64,000 bases of DNA from Malacoraja senta (lineage: Eukaryota), in contig CM075994.1 in assembly GCA_038087875.1 (NCBI GenBank), positions 2,606,001-2,670,000 of the forward strand, read 5' to 3'. The position numbers and the translations under genes are program-made. The notes beneath the pieces were generated by a model, which saw only the letters and a program-made list of their open reading frames with translations, had not been told where the DNA came from and ran no database searches. Positions 23,566 through 36,580 of the stretch are shown here, piece after piece (the stretch's first letter is position 1; each line of letters starts with the position of its first letter).

Positions 23566-24569
23566 TAGGAATTCTTGAATGGAAATGGTTGTTGGAAAGC
23601 ATGACGTCACTGTTCTTCCTCGATTTCTTTGACGTAATTATGGCAAAAATGATCACACACGAAGCCTGATATTTTGATAGAAGCTCACAGCAAGAATAGT
23701 CCGTCAGATCACTGGTTTCCAAAGAAGAATAGGGAGACACTGTTGCCATCTTCTGGATTCTCATGTCTGCGTGCATTTACGCAGAAGGTTGCTGTCAGTT
23801 TTACAATGTGATAAAATTAGCAGCATCTGCATTATTACAACTGCAAAGTCCAGGTCACTGTTGAAATGTTATGGTAAGGGGCAGATTGCAACCATTATCT
23901 GATTATAGAATTAAATACCAACTCCCTGCAGAGGCAAGGGAGACAAACAGCCAATTTTGCATCTATGCAAACAAAGGACTAAACAGAACCACTGGTTGGG
24001 AAGTCTGCTGAACAATCGCTCTGTATGGGGCAGTACAGCTCGTCGAGCAGCTGTCCCACAGCTCCAGAGACCCAGGTTCAATTTTGACCTCTACTGTAGT
24101 TTCTTTGGAATTTGCACATTTTCTCCTTGACTATGTGGGTTTCCTCCCACATCCTAAAGGTGTGCAGGTTGGTAGGTTAACTGCAGCTGTAAATTGCCCC
24201 AAGTGTGTAGATGAGTGGTAGAATCTTGGGGCAGTTGATAGGACTGTGGGGAGCATAAAGTGGGATTAGTGTAAATGGTTGGTGGTCAGTGTGAAATTGG
24301 TGGGCTGAGGGGCACGATTCTGTGTGCACTCTCTCTCTCTCTCTCTACATGGCTCTGTATTGCAACATACAATTCACAGGAACATTAGATCAAAATGTTG
24401 GTAACTGATGTTAATCACCAATATTTCTAGTCCATTTATATTGTCCATCCTGACAGCACTTTGAATATGATGAACTGATTCAGCCGAAAAGCCGTCTGTT
24501 TTAAAACAAAATCGACTTGTGCATCCCTTTCAGGCTTTTAGTTGCATTGTAAATCTTTTGCTCACTTAC

Positions 24570-24772
24570 CCTTTGCTAAGGACTCTGCATATTTCTCCTC
24601 AGTAATGTTTAAGTTGTTGACATAAGTGGCATGATGCTTGCTATGATGCAGCTGCATTATCTCTGCACTGATGTGTGGCTCCAACGCAGCATAATCATAA
24701 GGCAGGTCAGGCAGCGTATGCTTCTGCTTGGATGCTAGATAACGCAAAGCTGGAGAAGTGATGGAAGCACAT
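24570..24772 (-). CDS. SOD2: SOD2 exon 2 (rest of transit peptide; [39 protein letters not shown]...)
   Basis: tgtag| acceptor, |gtaagt donor, 203 nt, MnSOD N-terminal motifs. Confidence 0.97.
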
Positions 24773-26333
24773 CTACACAAAATAAAAATAAATTAACTAG
24801 CCATTGAATATAAAAACAAATATTTCCAGCATCAAATATTTAGTGTTAAAATACTTCAGCATCTTACACAGCCTTGTCAAACAAAGCCAGATGATTGAAA
24901 CACTAACATCTACGAATGACCTTTCTTAATTAGTCCCCATGAACACACACAATAAAACACATTAGAAAATTTGAGAGCAAATTCTGCAGGTAACTAAAGA
25001 GTTTGATGAAGGTGAGTTGGTAGACATTGTTTATATGGCCTACTGCATGGCATTTTGCAGGGCCCTGTAGGCTGGTCTAGAAGATTAAGATCAAAGATAC
25101 TAGAATTTTTTTTTATCCATGACCAACGATGGCTTTTTCGCCTAGTGGTCTATCTTGCTCCTCTAGTATCTTTGATTAAGACACATGGGATCCAAGGTGC
25201 CGCTAATTGGGTCCATAGATGATATTCTGCCAATTCTGGATACAATCTTTAAAAAGGCTGTTACTCTTTTATTGGAACATAGTTTTGAATGTATCCATGT
25301 AAGTTTCCGAAAGAATAAAGAACAGTGGCACAGCTGGTAGAGCCGCTGCCTCACATCAGCAGATCTATGTTCAATCCTGACCTTGGGAGCTGTTGGTGTG
25401 GATTTAGCACTTTCTTCGTATGACCATGTGGGATCTTCTGGATGCTCTGGTTTCCTCCCACATCCCAAAAGACATGAGGGTTTGTAGGTTAATTGGCACC
25501 TGTAAAATTGTCCCTATGGTTAATGGAGCGGATGAGAAAATGAGATAACATAGAACTAGTATGAATGGATGATCAATGGTCAGTGTGGAGTCAGTGGCAA
25601 TGCTTTATCTCTAAATTAAGCAAGTTAAGAATGTGGACCTCCATGCCACAGTTGGGAATCCCAAATGCTGTACTGCCTGTCCGAGGCCATGATTATGATA
25701 ATCATGACATTAATGATAATGTCTCACCTATGCAGAAGAACTTGAAGATAATTTTCCCATTATTATCTATGGGACAATGAGGTAGGTGGAGAGAAGAATG
25801 CAAATACTGCTTCCACCCCAGTATGTCCAATGCAGAAATGTAAACCTTATCTATGCAATCAAAAATTACAGTTTCAAAATAAGACTAATTTTACTTGATC
25901 TACAAGTTAATATTTGCTTATTGCTCCCACTATATCTTAATCAATACATTAAATTACATTTTAAAAAGAGATCTAAATTGATAAACAAATCATTTTATAC
26001 TTGCCATTATTGTCACGAGTGCCAAGATACAGTAAAGAGCTTTTGTTTGTGTGCTATCCAATTAAATCAGATAATACTGTACACAAATACATTCAAACCA
26101 TACACAAGTACAGCCAGTAGACTGAAGAGAAAAATACCAGAGTGCAGAATATAGCTTCTACGTACTGTAACAATAACAATTCCAGAGAACATGTCCAATG
26201 TTGGAACAACTGGACTGTACCCTAGCTTATGGAAAGACTGCTCAGAAGTCTGATAACAACTCTGTTTACTAAACTAAAGTAAGCATTTGCCAAATAAAAC
26301 AAATGTCAAAGGTCCACTGTTCGAATGTAGCTT

Positions 26334-26605
26334 TAGGCTATGGGCCGAGCATCGAAAATGTATCTAGAATTTAACTTTTGTGACCCATGTCTGGTATCTA
26401 CTTGAAATTTGGCACAGATTTACATAAAATATAATTGAGAAGGAATTCATAACTTGTCTGTCAAAAGTTGCACACTAATTAATTAAGCGAATTAGAAAAT
26501 TAGATCAAAAAAGTAAGCACCATCTAGTGCTCAATGCTCATATTACTCTATGGGGAGCCTAATTCCGTGCTGCGGTCTATTTAAAATATATATTATTATA
26601 CTATT

Positions 26606-26640
<35 letters not shown>

Positions 26641-27363
26641 CGAGAGAGACAGAGAGATAGAGAGAGAGACAGACAGAGAGTATAATAACAAGGTGAATAT
26701 GACTTGAGTTATATATAATTATTATCTATATACTTAAAAGTCTGATCTTGGATGTGTATGTGTGTGTGTTTATTTGTTATCCACCGGCCTACCGACAGCC
26801 CGACCGACCCTTCAGAGCACTCACCGGCCTACTGACAGCGCGACCAATCCTTCACAGCACTCACCGGCCAACCGACCCTTCACAGCATTCACCGGCCTAC
26901 CGACAGCCCGACCGACCCTTCATAGCACTCACCAGCAGGCAACAGCCCGACCGATTCTTCGCAGCACTCACCGGCCTACCGACAGCCTGACCGACTGACC
27001 CTAACTCTACATTTTTATTTAATAGTTCACATCATAACTATACAAAGATAAATTAATTGTAAAACAAAATTATCAGCAAGGTATTCCTTTATTCCTTCGA
27101 GACCTTGCTATTGTTTTGATGTAATTAGGAGGCAGCCATGATCCCAGCGTGCTCGCTGACTAGCTACCATGAAACAAAGCGCGTGATTGGTCAATTGGCG
27201 TCCGACGCAATGTCAAACGTGCATTGATTTATAAATATGGGCAGGTTTTGTTCGACTCGGGTATGATTTCTATAATATTTTTATACAATATTTTTTAAAA
27301 TACAGGTAGATACGTGATTTGGGTCACGAAATGAAACAAAAAAGCACCTCGGCCGACAGCCTA
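26334..27363. mobile_element. Non-autonomous TIR DNA transposon (Academ-like), copy 2, in SOD2 intron 1
   Basis: TAGGCTATGGGCCGAG ... CTCGGCCGACAGCCTA; CTT on both flanks; arms and 40-bp minisatellite (26781-26998) homologous to copy 1. Confidence 0.75.
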
Positions 27364-29269
27364 CTTCTCAGGCTGTAGCAGGGACATTTTTGAGAGGTTC
27401 ACTCAGCACAACATCATAAAGTTGCAAATTCAATCTCCAAAACAGAATCTGGACTTTAATTTGCTTACAAGAACGTAGGAAAATACACGCAGGAGGAGAC
27501 CACTCAGCCCTTCAAGCCTGCCCTCCCATTCAATATTAGCTTGCCTGATCTGTTCCAAAACGTAACTCCGCTTCCGTGTCAGTTCCCAAAACCTTTGACT
27601 CAAATGACATAGCCTCCACAACCCTCTGGAACAAAGAATTGTTGCAACAAACCACCAAAAGTTCATATAGAGTGCTCTATGACCGCCCCTAAGCACGTAA
27701 CTGCTATGTATCCTCATTCAAGATTATCCAGTGAGTGGAAACACGGTCACATTTAACTTGTCAAGCCCTCGCAGAATTTAGATCAAATTTCTTTAGCCAC
27801 TCGTGAAATTGTTTTTTGTAAATTGTCCCTTGACTGTAGGATAGAACTAGTGGACGGGTGATAGCTAGTCAGCGCAGACTTGGGCCGAAGGGCCTATTTC
27901 CACACTGTCGCTAAACTAAACTGATTTTCAATCTACACTAACAAAATTCATCTGAAGCCAAGAACTCTTCTCAAGTGCGCCAGCTTTGTTTGTGCCAATT
28001 TGTCAAACATCTGAAATTCCAAATATACGAAGTTTTCAGGCTCCCACCAGATGTGTTGCCTCACCTGAGTTACTCCAGCACTTGATGTCCTTTCCCCTTC
28101 ATCATTGCTTGTTACATCCTCAGAGCAACCAGTAAATTTGTCAAACATGATTTACCTTTCATGCTTCAGCTTTTCTGAACATTTAGTGATTTCTTCCTTG
28201 ATTATAGACTCTAGCATCTTGCCAGCAATAGATGCTAAGCTAACAGGCCTCTAATTATTCATTTTTAGTCTTATTCTCTTGAACAATGGAGTCACATTCG
28301 CAGTTTTCCAATCTGCTGGTGGCTTTCCTGAACTCAGATGTGAATATTTAAAAAATGTCAAAACAGCAACAAAAAAATAATAATTAAACAGATGGATTCT
28401 TCTCGCAGAATATGACCAGGCTGAGGGGACAAGCTACGGAGATAAGTACCTGCATCGTTATAAACACAGTAAAATTTACATTTAGTGAGGCAGATTCACG
28501 TTTACGGCACTGTGGGTGGCTCAGCTGCACAGAGGGGTTACAGTGGGGTTCTCCAATGTTAGATAAACTCTAACTAACCCACTGTCTCACCCCCCTCCCC
28601 CCCCACCAAAAAATATGTAAGCACGAAAGGTGGAAGAGGCAGTATCAAGTCGCAAATGCAAGTAAAAATTGAAATCCAACAAGCTGCGACTACAAGAAGA
28701 GAGGAGCACAAACAAAAGGCAAACAAACTTGGAGCATTAACAAATGTGTGCATGAGATAATGAACTGTGACATAAACATGTTGAGCATTTCTTCCCAGCT
28801 ATTATCAGCCAAATGAAACCGTCCTCTCACCAGCTAGAGAACAGTCCTGACCACCCATCTATCTCAATGGAGAGTTTCAGACTATCTGTAATTGGCCTTT
28901 ATCTTGCACTAAACGTTATTCCCTTTATCCTGTATCTGTACATGGTTTGATTGTAATCATGTGTAGTCTTTTCGCTGACTGTATAGCTTTTCACTGTACC
29001 TCAGTACACGTGACAATAATAAACTAAACTTATATCATGTACAAAATAGGGACTCAATAAATGCTGATGGAGAGGACAGACATTAAATCAATAAGGTGCA
29101 CATCTATCTTCAGGGGACAAAATACAAGCAGAAAGAAACCCAAAACTATGAGCAGAAAGAAACCCAAAACTAAGAGCAGAAACTGGATTTGCTGCAAAAA
29201 ATAGATCGGAGAACTTAATAGAATAAACCAAATGAACTTCAGCTGTGTATGGATGGGAAGAGTAGGTGA

Positions 29270-29592
29270 ATACCACTTGCCCAGAGTAGGTGAATTGAGG
29301 ACCAGACGACATAGGTTTAAGGTAAAGGGAAAAAGATTTAATAAGAATCTGAGGGATAAATTTTTCACACAAAGGGTGATGTGTGTATGGAACAAGTTGC
29401 CAGAGGAGGTAGTCGATGCTGGGACTATCTCGACATTTAAGAAACAGTTAAATAGGTACATGGATAGGACAGGTTTGGAGGGATATGGACCAAACTCAGG
29501 CAGGTGGGACTAGTGTAGCTGGGATATGTTGGCTGGTATGGCCAAGTTGGGCCAAAGGGCCTGTTTCCACACTGCATCACTCTTTGACTCTA
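29270..29592 (+). mobile_element. CR1 LINE 3' fragment
   Basis: TRRHRFKVKG...FFTQRVMCVWNKLPEEVV CR1 ORF2 C-terminus plus 3' tail. Confidence 0.85.
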
Positions 29593-30682
29593 ATAGTGTG
29601 TTAAGTTGGGAAGTTATAAATGTAAAGAAAGGATGCAGCAGTCAGGGGGTTAAAAAAAGCATGAAAACATCAGATGGAAAGTCATAAGAATCATTTGTCT
29701 TCATTCAAGCAGGGCAGGTGGTAATGAATCCAACAGCAGTGGCAAGCAAGTTAAAACATAGGACGTACACCACAGGAACAAGCCTTTTGGCCGACGATGT
29801 CCGTGCCGAATATAATGCAAGTTAACCGTTGCCCGCAGATACTCCACATCCCCTCCAATCCACGTTCCTCTCAAAAAGCCTCTTAAACACTACTATCATA
29901 TATATCTGCTTCCACCACCACCTCTAGCAATGTGTTCCAGTAACCCACCACTCTCTGTGTAAATACCCTGTTTGAACTTTTTTCCCTCTCACCTTAAACT
30001 TATGTCTACTGGTATCTGACTTTTATAGCATGGGGCAAAAGGTTCTGACTGCCTACCTTGCCATTGTCTCCCATAATTTAACATCCTTCTATCAATCTTC
30101 CCTCAACCTCTGATACTCCAAAGAAAACAATCCAAGTTTGTCCAACCTCTCCTTATAGCTTATATCCTCTCATCCAGAAAGCATTCTAGTAAACATGGTG
30201 GAGTACATGCACCAATCAGTGCAGATGTGGAAATGGTTGAGCCCCAAGTTCCTTGGTGTTAACATTACCAATGACCTGTCGTGCACCAACCACATTGACA
30301 CAACAGGCAAGAAAGCAACCTATGCCTCAACCTTCCGAGGAGACAGAGGAAAATTCAGCATGTCTCCAGTGATTCTTACAAGCTTCAGTCAGGTTACATC
30401 ACAGCTTGGTTTGAGAACAGCTCTGCCCAACGACAGCAAGAAATTGTAGAGTTGTAGATGTAGCCCAGTCCATCCATCACAAGGACTGGGCTACATCTAC
30501 AACTCTCCGCAATTTCTCGCTTTCATAAGCAAGGATATTGTTATTCTTCCATGAGCTAGGATATTGTCCAATTCACCTCTACCCAAATGAGAACATTGTC
30601 TGGAGAACTGAAGGGCTACAATGCTGAAAACTATTTGCCAAGGAAGATGTGGGGTGGGCAGGAGGGGGACATGGGGTGGTAC

Positions 30683-31419
30683 GAAACATAGAAATTAGGT
30701 GCAGGAGTCCGCCATTCGGCCCTTCGAGCCTGCACCGCCATTCAATATGATCATGGCTGATCATCCAACTCAGTATCCCGTACCTGCCTTCTCTCCATAC
30801 CCTCTGATCCCTTTAGCCACAAGGGCCACATCTAACTCCCTCTTAAATATAGCCAATGAACTGGCCTCGACTACCCTCTGTGGCAGAGAGTTCCAGAGAT
30901 TCACCACTCTCCCCCTTATCCTTAAGCTGTGACCCTTTGTCCTGGCCTTCCCCAACATCGGGAGCAATCTTCCTGCATCTAGCCTGTCCAACCCCTTAAG
31001 AATTTTGTAAGTTTCTATAAGATCCCCTCTCAATCTCCTAAATTCTAGAGAGTATAAACCAAGTCTATCCAGTCTTTCTTCATAAGACAGTCCTGACATC
31101 CCAGGAATCAGTCTGGTGAACCTTCTCTGCACTCCCTCTATGGCAATAATGTCCTTCCTCAGATTTGGAGACCAAAACTGTACGCAATACTCCAGGTGTG
31201 GTCTCACCAAGACCCTGTACAACTGCAGTAGAACCTCCCTGCTCCTATACTCAAATCCTTTTGCTATGAAAGCTAACATACCATTCGCTTTCTTCACTGC
31301 CTGCTGCACCTGCATGCCTACTTTCAATGACTGGTGTACCATGACACCCAGGTCTCGCTGCATCTCCCCTTTTCCTAGTCGGCCACCATTTAGATAATAG
31401 TCTGCTTTCCTGTTTTTGC
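30683..31419 (-). mobile_element. Young 5'-truncated CR1 LINE in SOD2 intron 1
   Basis: Open frame with RDLGV, LVRPHLEYCVQFWSP, RRLRGDLIETYKI and VVNLWNSLP; 3' stem-loop region and (TCTATGTT)-type tail. Confidence 0.9.
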
Positions 31420-31449
31420 CACGAGGAGGGTGGGCTGGGGTAGGATAGG

Positions 31450-32470
31450 GGGGTAAGGTAAGAGGAGTGGGTAGGCAGGGAGACAGATGGGTAGGTGGAG
31501 GGATTGAGAGTGTAGGAATGACTGGGGAGAGGCTGACGAGAAGGTCGTTCCGCGGCATAAAGGAGGGCAGCCTTGTTCCTTCCTCGGGGAGAACGGGCAG
31601 TGGCGGTCGATGTTTGAGTGGCGGAAACTAACCTGCGGAGCTGGCCGATTCCACGGAGCATGTTGCCGGGGCCCGGGCGCCACTCAAGGACACGGAGAGA
31701 CACAGACTGCTACTAGACCCACCCCTGCACCCTTCACCCGGACATGAACCTGCCCGCCAAGTGGTTGGAAGCCACCCCTCAGCGTCTGGTCCTTGGCACC
31801 GCCCGCAGAGCCGCACCACAGACCGTTGCCGCCGCACGTCGGACTCCGCCCGCCTGAAGCGCGGCCTCGCGCTCCTCCCGCGCGCTCCTGTGCTCGGCGC
31901 GCGTGCACGCACCTTCCGGCGGCTCGCGGACGGGCGGACGCCGCTTCCCTCCTGCATATGGCGGCTCTGACGGGGGGCGCTGACGGCTGCTGGCGCCTGG
32001 CTCGGTTGAATCGTCGGCTCGCTGTCCGCCCTGCGCCTCGCTGAAGAACACTGCGGGGGCGGCGTTAGACACGGTGTGTGGAGCGGGAGTCGCTGGAGGT
32101 GGCGCGGAGCCCCACCCCCGCGGCAGGGGACCGGAGGAAAGGTTGGGCGGGCGGGGCCGCTGCCGGCCGGTCGGCGGGCGCCATTTTGTGTCGCTGCTGA
32201 AGAACGGGCCCGAGTTCGGGGCGAAGCGGCCGCCCGAGCCTCGCCTTCCTTTCCCCGGGGGACCTGGCCGGGACCGCGCGATTTGTAATCTCCTCGTTGT
32301 TGTTTCCTAAGCGGTTCCCGGTCCCGGGGGCTTGCTGTTGGACTCACAAGCCCACAGCCTCCATCCCTCGGTCAGGTCCGACGTGGAGTAGACGGCGGCG
32401 TGCCCGTTTCTGGCTCGGATAGGCCAGGGGCCCTGGACCGAGGCGGTTAGTTCGTGCAATTACCGATATA
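31450..32470. promoter_or_regulatory. CpG island / bidirectional promoter of SOD2 (-) and WTAP (+), with a YY1-type motif CGCCATTTTG at 32179-32188 and GC boxes
   Basis: Very high GC/CpG between the divergent genes. The non-coding WTAP exon 1 is expected here but its donor is uncertain (one candidate is GCG|GTTAGT at 32445/32446). Confidence 0.8.
31633..31661 (-). CDS. SOD2: SOD2 exon 1 coding part (MLRGIGQLR-R, start of mitochondrial transit peptide)
   Basis: gcaacATG Kozak; CAG|gttagt donor; phase 2 joins exon 2 in frame. Total CDS 29+203+117+180+146 = 675 nt (224 aa). Confidence 0.85.
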
Positions 32471-35019
32471 AATGTCTTATTATTATGGCTGTGGCTTCCT
32501 CCTGAGGAGAGGAAGGATGGGAGTTGCTGGCGCTCTCCCTGCACCGCTTGCTGAGCATAAAAAGATGTATATCATAACCCCCGGTTGTAAGTGGATGGGG
32601 AGTTCACAAAGCTCTTACCACGATGCGGGGTGGACGAGAGCTCATGCCTGACTTGAAATGGTGGCGATGTGCTCATTTTTTTTATCACTGGAGGACATGA
32701 GTAGTGGTGGTTCTTTTGTTGACAGTTGAAGCCTTTAGGCGGGAGCCTGAGCTCCCGACACCTGATTTACTCCGAGGGATTACCCCGAAGAAGGGCCCCG
32801 ACCCGAAGCGTCGTCTCTCCATTTCCCTTCTAAAGATGTTGCCTGATCCGCTGAGTTCATATGGCACTTTGTGTTTTACTCGGATTACTTAGCTGAAGTA
32901 TTGGAGCGAAAACAGAATGCTGTAAATGCTTCAGGCCTTTCATGCGATGATTTGAAAATTTGGGTTATACCATTCTTAGTAAAATTTGGCCGAGCGTATT
33001 CAGCATTTTCTGCTTTCATTCACATCCCAAGATCTGTAATTATTTGCTTTTCAGATTGTTGGGCTATTTTTAACTTTTTTGCTGTGGATTAAAACGGTGA
33101 AGTTATGTGGTGATATACTTCGAAAAATAAAAGTCAGCTATTAGGAGCGGAAAACAGCAGACAAAGATGGCAACATTCAACAGATCAGGCAGCATTTCTG
33201 AAGGGAGATGTGAAATTATACAGATTAATTTATTTTCACCTTTTCCACTTCTGTTTTTGTTCTTAATCCTACCTTGAGTATTGAAGTCCAAAGTTAAGCA
33301 GGTCATGGCTGATGCAAGTATTTTTTATTAAATTATGCAAGATTCTGCCTTTATAATTTGCCTTGCTTTCAAAAAAGTTTCCTTAACTCACCTGAAATAC
33401 TAATTACTTCACTAAAGAAAAAGTCCTTCCTATATACTATATTTAGGACCATTATCGTTTAAAATATCTACATTCAGTCTTTCAAAGGAAATGGTCTCAG
33501 ATTGATGAATTCTTATAATATTCTAATCCTGGCTACATTCTGAAAACACTTGCCAAGTTTTGTGTGATGTGACAACTGTACGCAGCACCCAAACTGTGAT
33601 GTAAATATTGTGTAGGTTTTTAGCATAACTTCCCTGTCCTTCTCTACCTTCAGCTAATAAAAGAAAGCATCCTCTAAGTCTTTATACCCTTCTGACTTAT
33701 CCTGCTACCTATAGGGATATGTGGAAGTTCACTCCAAGATCCCATTTCTTCTACATAGCACTCAATATCCTCCCCTTTTTGTACATTCCCAGGCCTCGTT
33801 GCAGCATCACCTGCATGGTGTGTAACTTTCTCCACCTTAAAATCCATTGATGTGAGCAAAAGGAGACTCGAGAGACTGCAGATGTTGGAATCAAGCAAAA
33901 AACAAACTGCTGGAGGAACTCGGCGATCAGGCAGCATCCATGAAGAGAAAAGAACAGGCAACATTTCTGGTCAGGATTCTTCTTCAGACTGATGGACTAG
34001 AGGGTGATAACTGGCGGAAAGGGGTGGGGGCAGGAGCTGGCAAGTGATAGCTGGATTCATAGTGATGATTTAATTGACAGGTGAGTTAGGCATGGTCATG
34101 GGTGGAGATCGTAATGGAGGCGATTGGTGGAGAAGACAAACGGCTTTAAATGGATAAAGCAAGGTAGGGGGCGAAATGTATAACTAGATGGATGGTGGGA
34201 AGGTGGGGAGCTAGATAGAGAAAAGGAAAAGTGGGATACCTAAGATTGGAGAATTCAATGTTTATGCTGGCTACCCAAGTGGGACATGAGGTGCTATTCT
34301 TCCAGTTTGCTATGGCTCACGTTGGCAGTGGAGGAGGCTGAGGACTAACAAGTCGGTATGGGATTTGGAGGAGGAATTGAAGGGCTAGCAACCAGGAGCT
34401 ACGATGTCCCCGACGGACAAAGAAGGTGTTTGGAGAAGTGGTTGCTTAGTCTCACTGATGTAGATGGTCTCGCCATTGAGGGTGAACACTCATTAACATA
34501 GCAGATAGACACAAAATGCTGTAGTTACTCAGAGGGACAGGCAGCATCTCTGACGAGAAGGAATGGGTGACGTTTTGGATCGAGACCTGCAGTTCCTTCC
34601 TACACATTTATATGTCTCTTTTAGAGCAGGAGAACATACCAAACCACTTTACAAGAGTATTTTCAGAAAAATTGGTGCATGAGATCTTATTGCAGCTGAT
34701 GAAATGGTTGTGGGTAACACTGAGCTCTAGCAATCTGGTTTTGATCCTGACCACTGGTGCTGTATCTGTATTTCATGTGGAGGTTGCATGTTCTGCAACT
34801 GGATATCCCCAGGGTGCTCTGCTTTCCACCCACTTCTGGAAGATGTGCTGGTTGGCAGGTTATTATCCTTAGTCTGACTGTTATAAAAATCGATGTGTAG
34901 TCAAGCAGTGGATGAGGGAATGGGTTACTAGGAAATAATTTGGGGATTGGGATTAGCTGTGGCTGGACTTGCAGGACATTATTTCCTATAAGGCGAAACC
35001 AAGTTGTAGCTCAAGTCAC

Positions 35020-36580
35020 AATAATTTTTGCACTCTCAGTGTTCAAAAGGGAGAATATCAATGTATCTTCTCAAGCCCCCAATGACACACTAATCTCAGT
35101 CACCGAGGCCAACGTCAGAAGGTTCTTTATGAGGGTGAACTCTCAGAAAGCATCAGGCCTCTTTTGTGTACTTGCCTACGCATAGTCTTTCTGCTGACTG
35201 GATAGCTCGCAAAAAAAAGCTTTTCACTGTACTTTGGTACACATGACAATAAACTAAACTAAACGTTCTTAAAAATTGCACAGGCCGACTGGTTGGAGTT
35301 TTTGCTGACATCTTCAACCTCTCATTACTAAGGTCCAAGGTCCCTGCCTGCTTTGAAAGGACATCGATAGTACTGGTGCTCAAGAAGAGCAAGGTGACAC
35401 GTCTCAATGACTACAAACCAGTGGCAATGATGTTCGTCTTGAATTGCTTTGAGAAGTTGGTTATGATGCATCTCAACTCATACCTTCTTAAGGACCTCGA
35501 CCCACTGCAATTTGCCTGCTACCACAACAGATCAACAGCAGATGAGATCTCACTGGTTCTCGACTCTGCACTGGACCATTTGGACAATAAGCACACATAC
35601 GGCTGGCTGTATTCCGTCGACTGCAGCTCAGCGTTCAATACCATCATCCGCTTTAAAGTTCCTCATCGGTAGACTAGTTAGTTCAAGTTGGCAACAACAC
35701 TTCCTCTTCGATGACCATCAACACAGGTACCTCAAAGCAGTGTACTCAGTCCCCTGATCTACCCTCTTTACTTATGACTGTAGCTAGACATAGCTTAACA
35801 GCATCTTTAAATTTGTCAATACCACTGTTGAACAAATAACAGATAATAAGTCAGAGTATAGGAGGGTGGTTGATAATCTGATTGAATTATGCCAGAACAA
35901 CAATCTCACTCTCAACATTAGCAAGATCTAGCAGCTGATTTGTTGACTTCAGGATGGGAAAGCCGAGGATTCATGAACCTGTCTTCATCGATGGGAGGGC
36001 GATGCAACTCAATTTCCTAGGCATGTATATCTCTGAAGATCTGCCCTGGATTGAGCATTTGATGCAAACATGAAGAAAGCTCAACTACTTCCTGAGCAGA
36101 TTGAGGAGGTATAGTATGTCGCCAAAATCGCCATTGAACTTCTAAAGGTATACAGTAGAGAGCATACTGACTGGGTGTATCGTCGTTTGATTCGTTAACG
36201 TGAATGCAGAGGATTGAAGGAGGCTGCAGAAAGTGGTAGACATTGCCCGGTCCATCATGACCTCTCATCAAAAGAATCTACAGGAGGTGTAGCCTCAGAA
36301 AGCCAGCGAATATCATCAAAGACCCATACCACCCTGGCCATGCCCAAGTAGGGAACAATCCTACTTGGGCAACTATGATTTATGGACTTTGGTTGCAATC
36401 CATGCTTTGGATTTGCACTATTATGGTTTGGTTACCTAGTATTACTGCTTATTAGTTTATTGCATGATTGTGTATTTATTTGTGTGTTGTGTACAGTAAT
36501 GGGACTGTAAATCTGCAGCAAGAATTTCACTGTTCCATTGCCAGTGCATATATCTCAATTAAGTACTCCGACTCTCGACC
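35020..36580 (+). mobile_element. Degenerate Rex1/Babar-clade LINE fragment
   Basis: LNDYKPVA...CFEKLV...DPLQFACYHNRSTADEIS...DCSSAFNTI RT motifs with many stops and frameshifts. Confidence 0.75.

Noticed and set aside
24562..24780. ORF-track start 'MCR...' as the SOD2 initiator
   Set aside because: The start is a TTG within the splice acceptor; the real exon begins at 24772 and the ATG is at 31661.
29127..29182. Short 24-bp tandem repeat (also small duplications at ~54252-54298 and ~60984-61010)
   Set aside because: Ordinary local slippage duplications with no sign of function.
31628..32347. 239-aa and overlapping Arg/Ala/Pro-rich ORFs
   Set aside because: Stop-codon-poor CpG island; only the 29-nt SOD2 exon 1 is supported by splice phase and homology.
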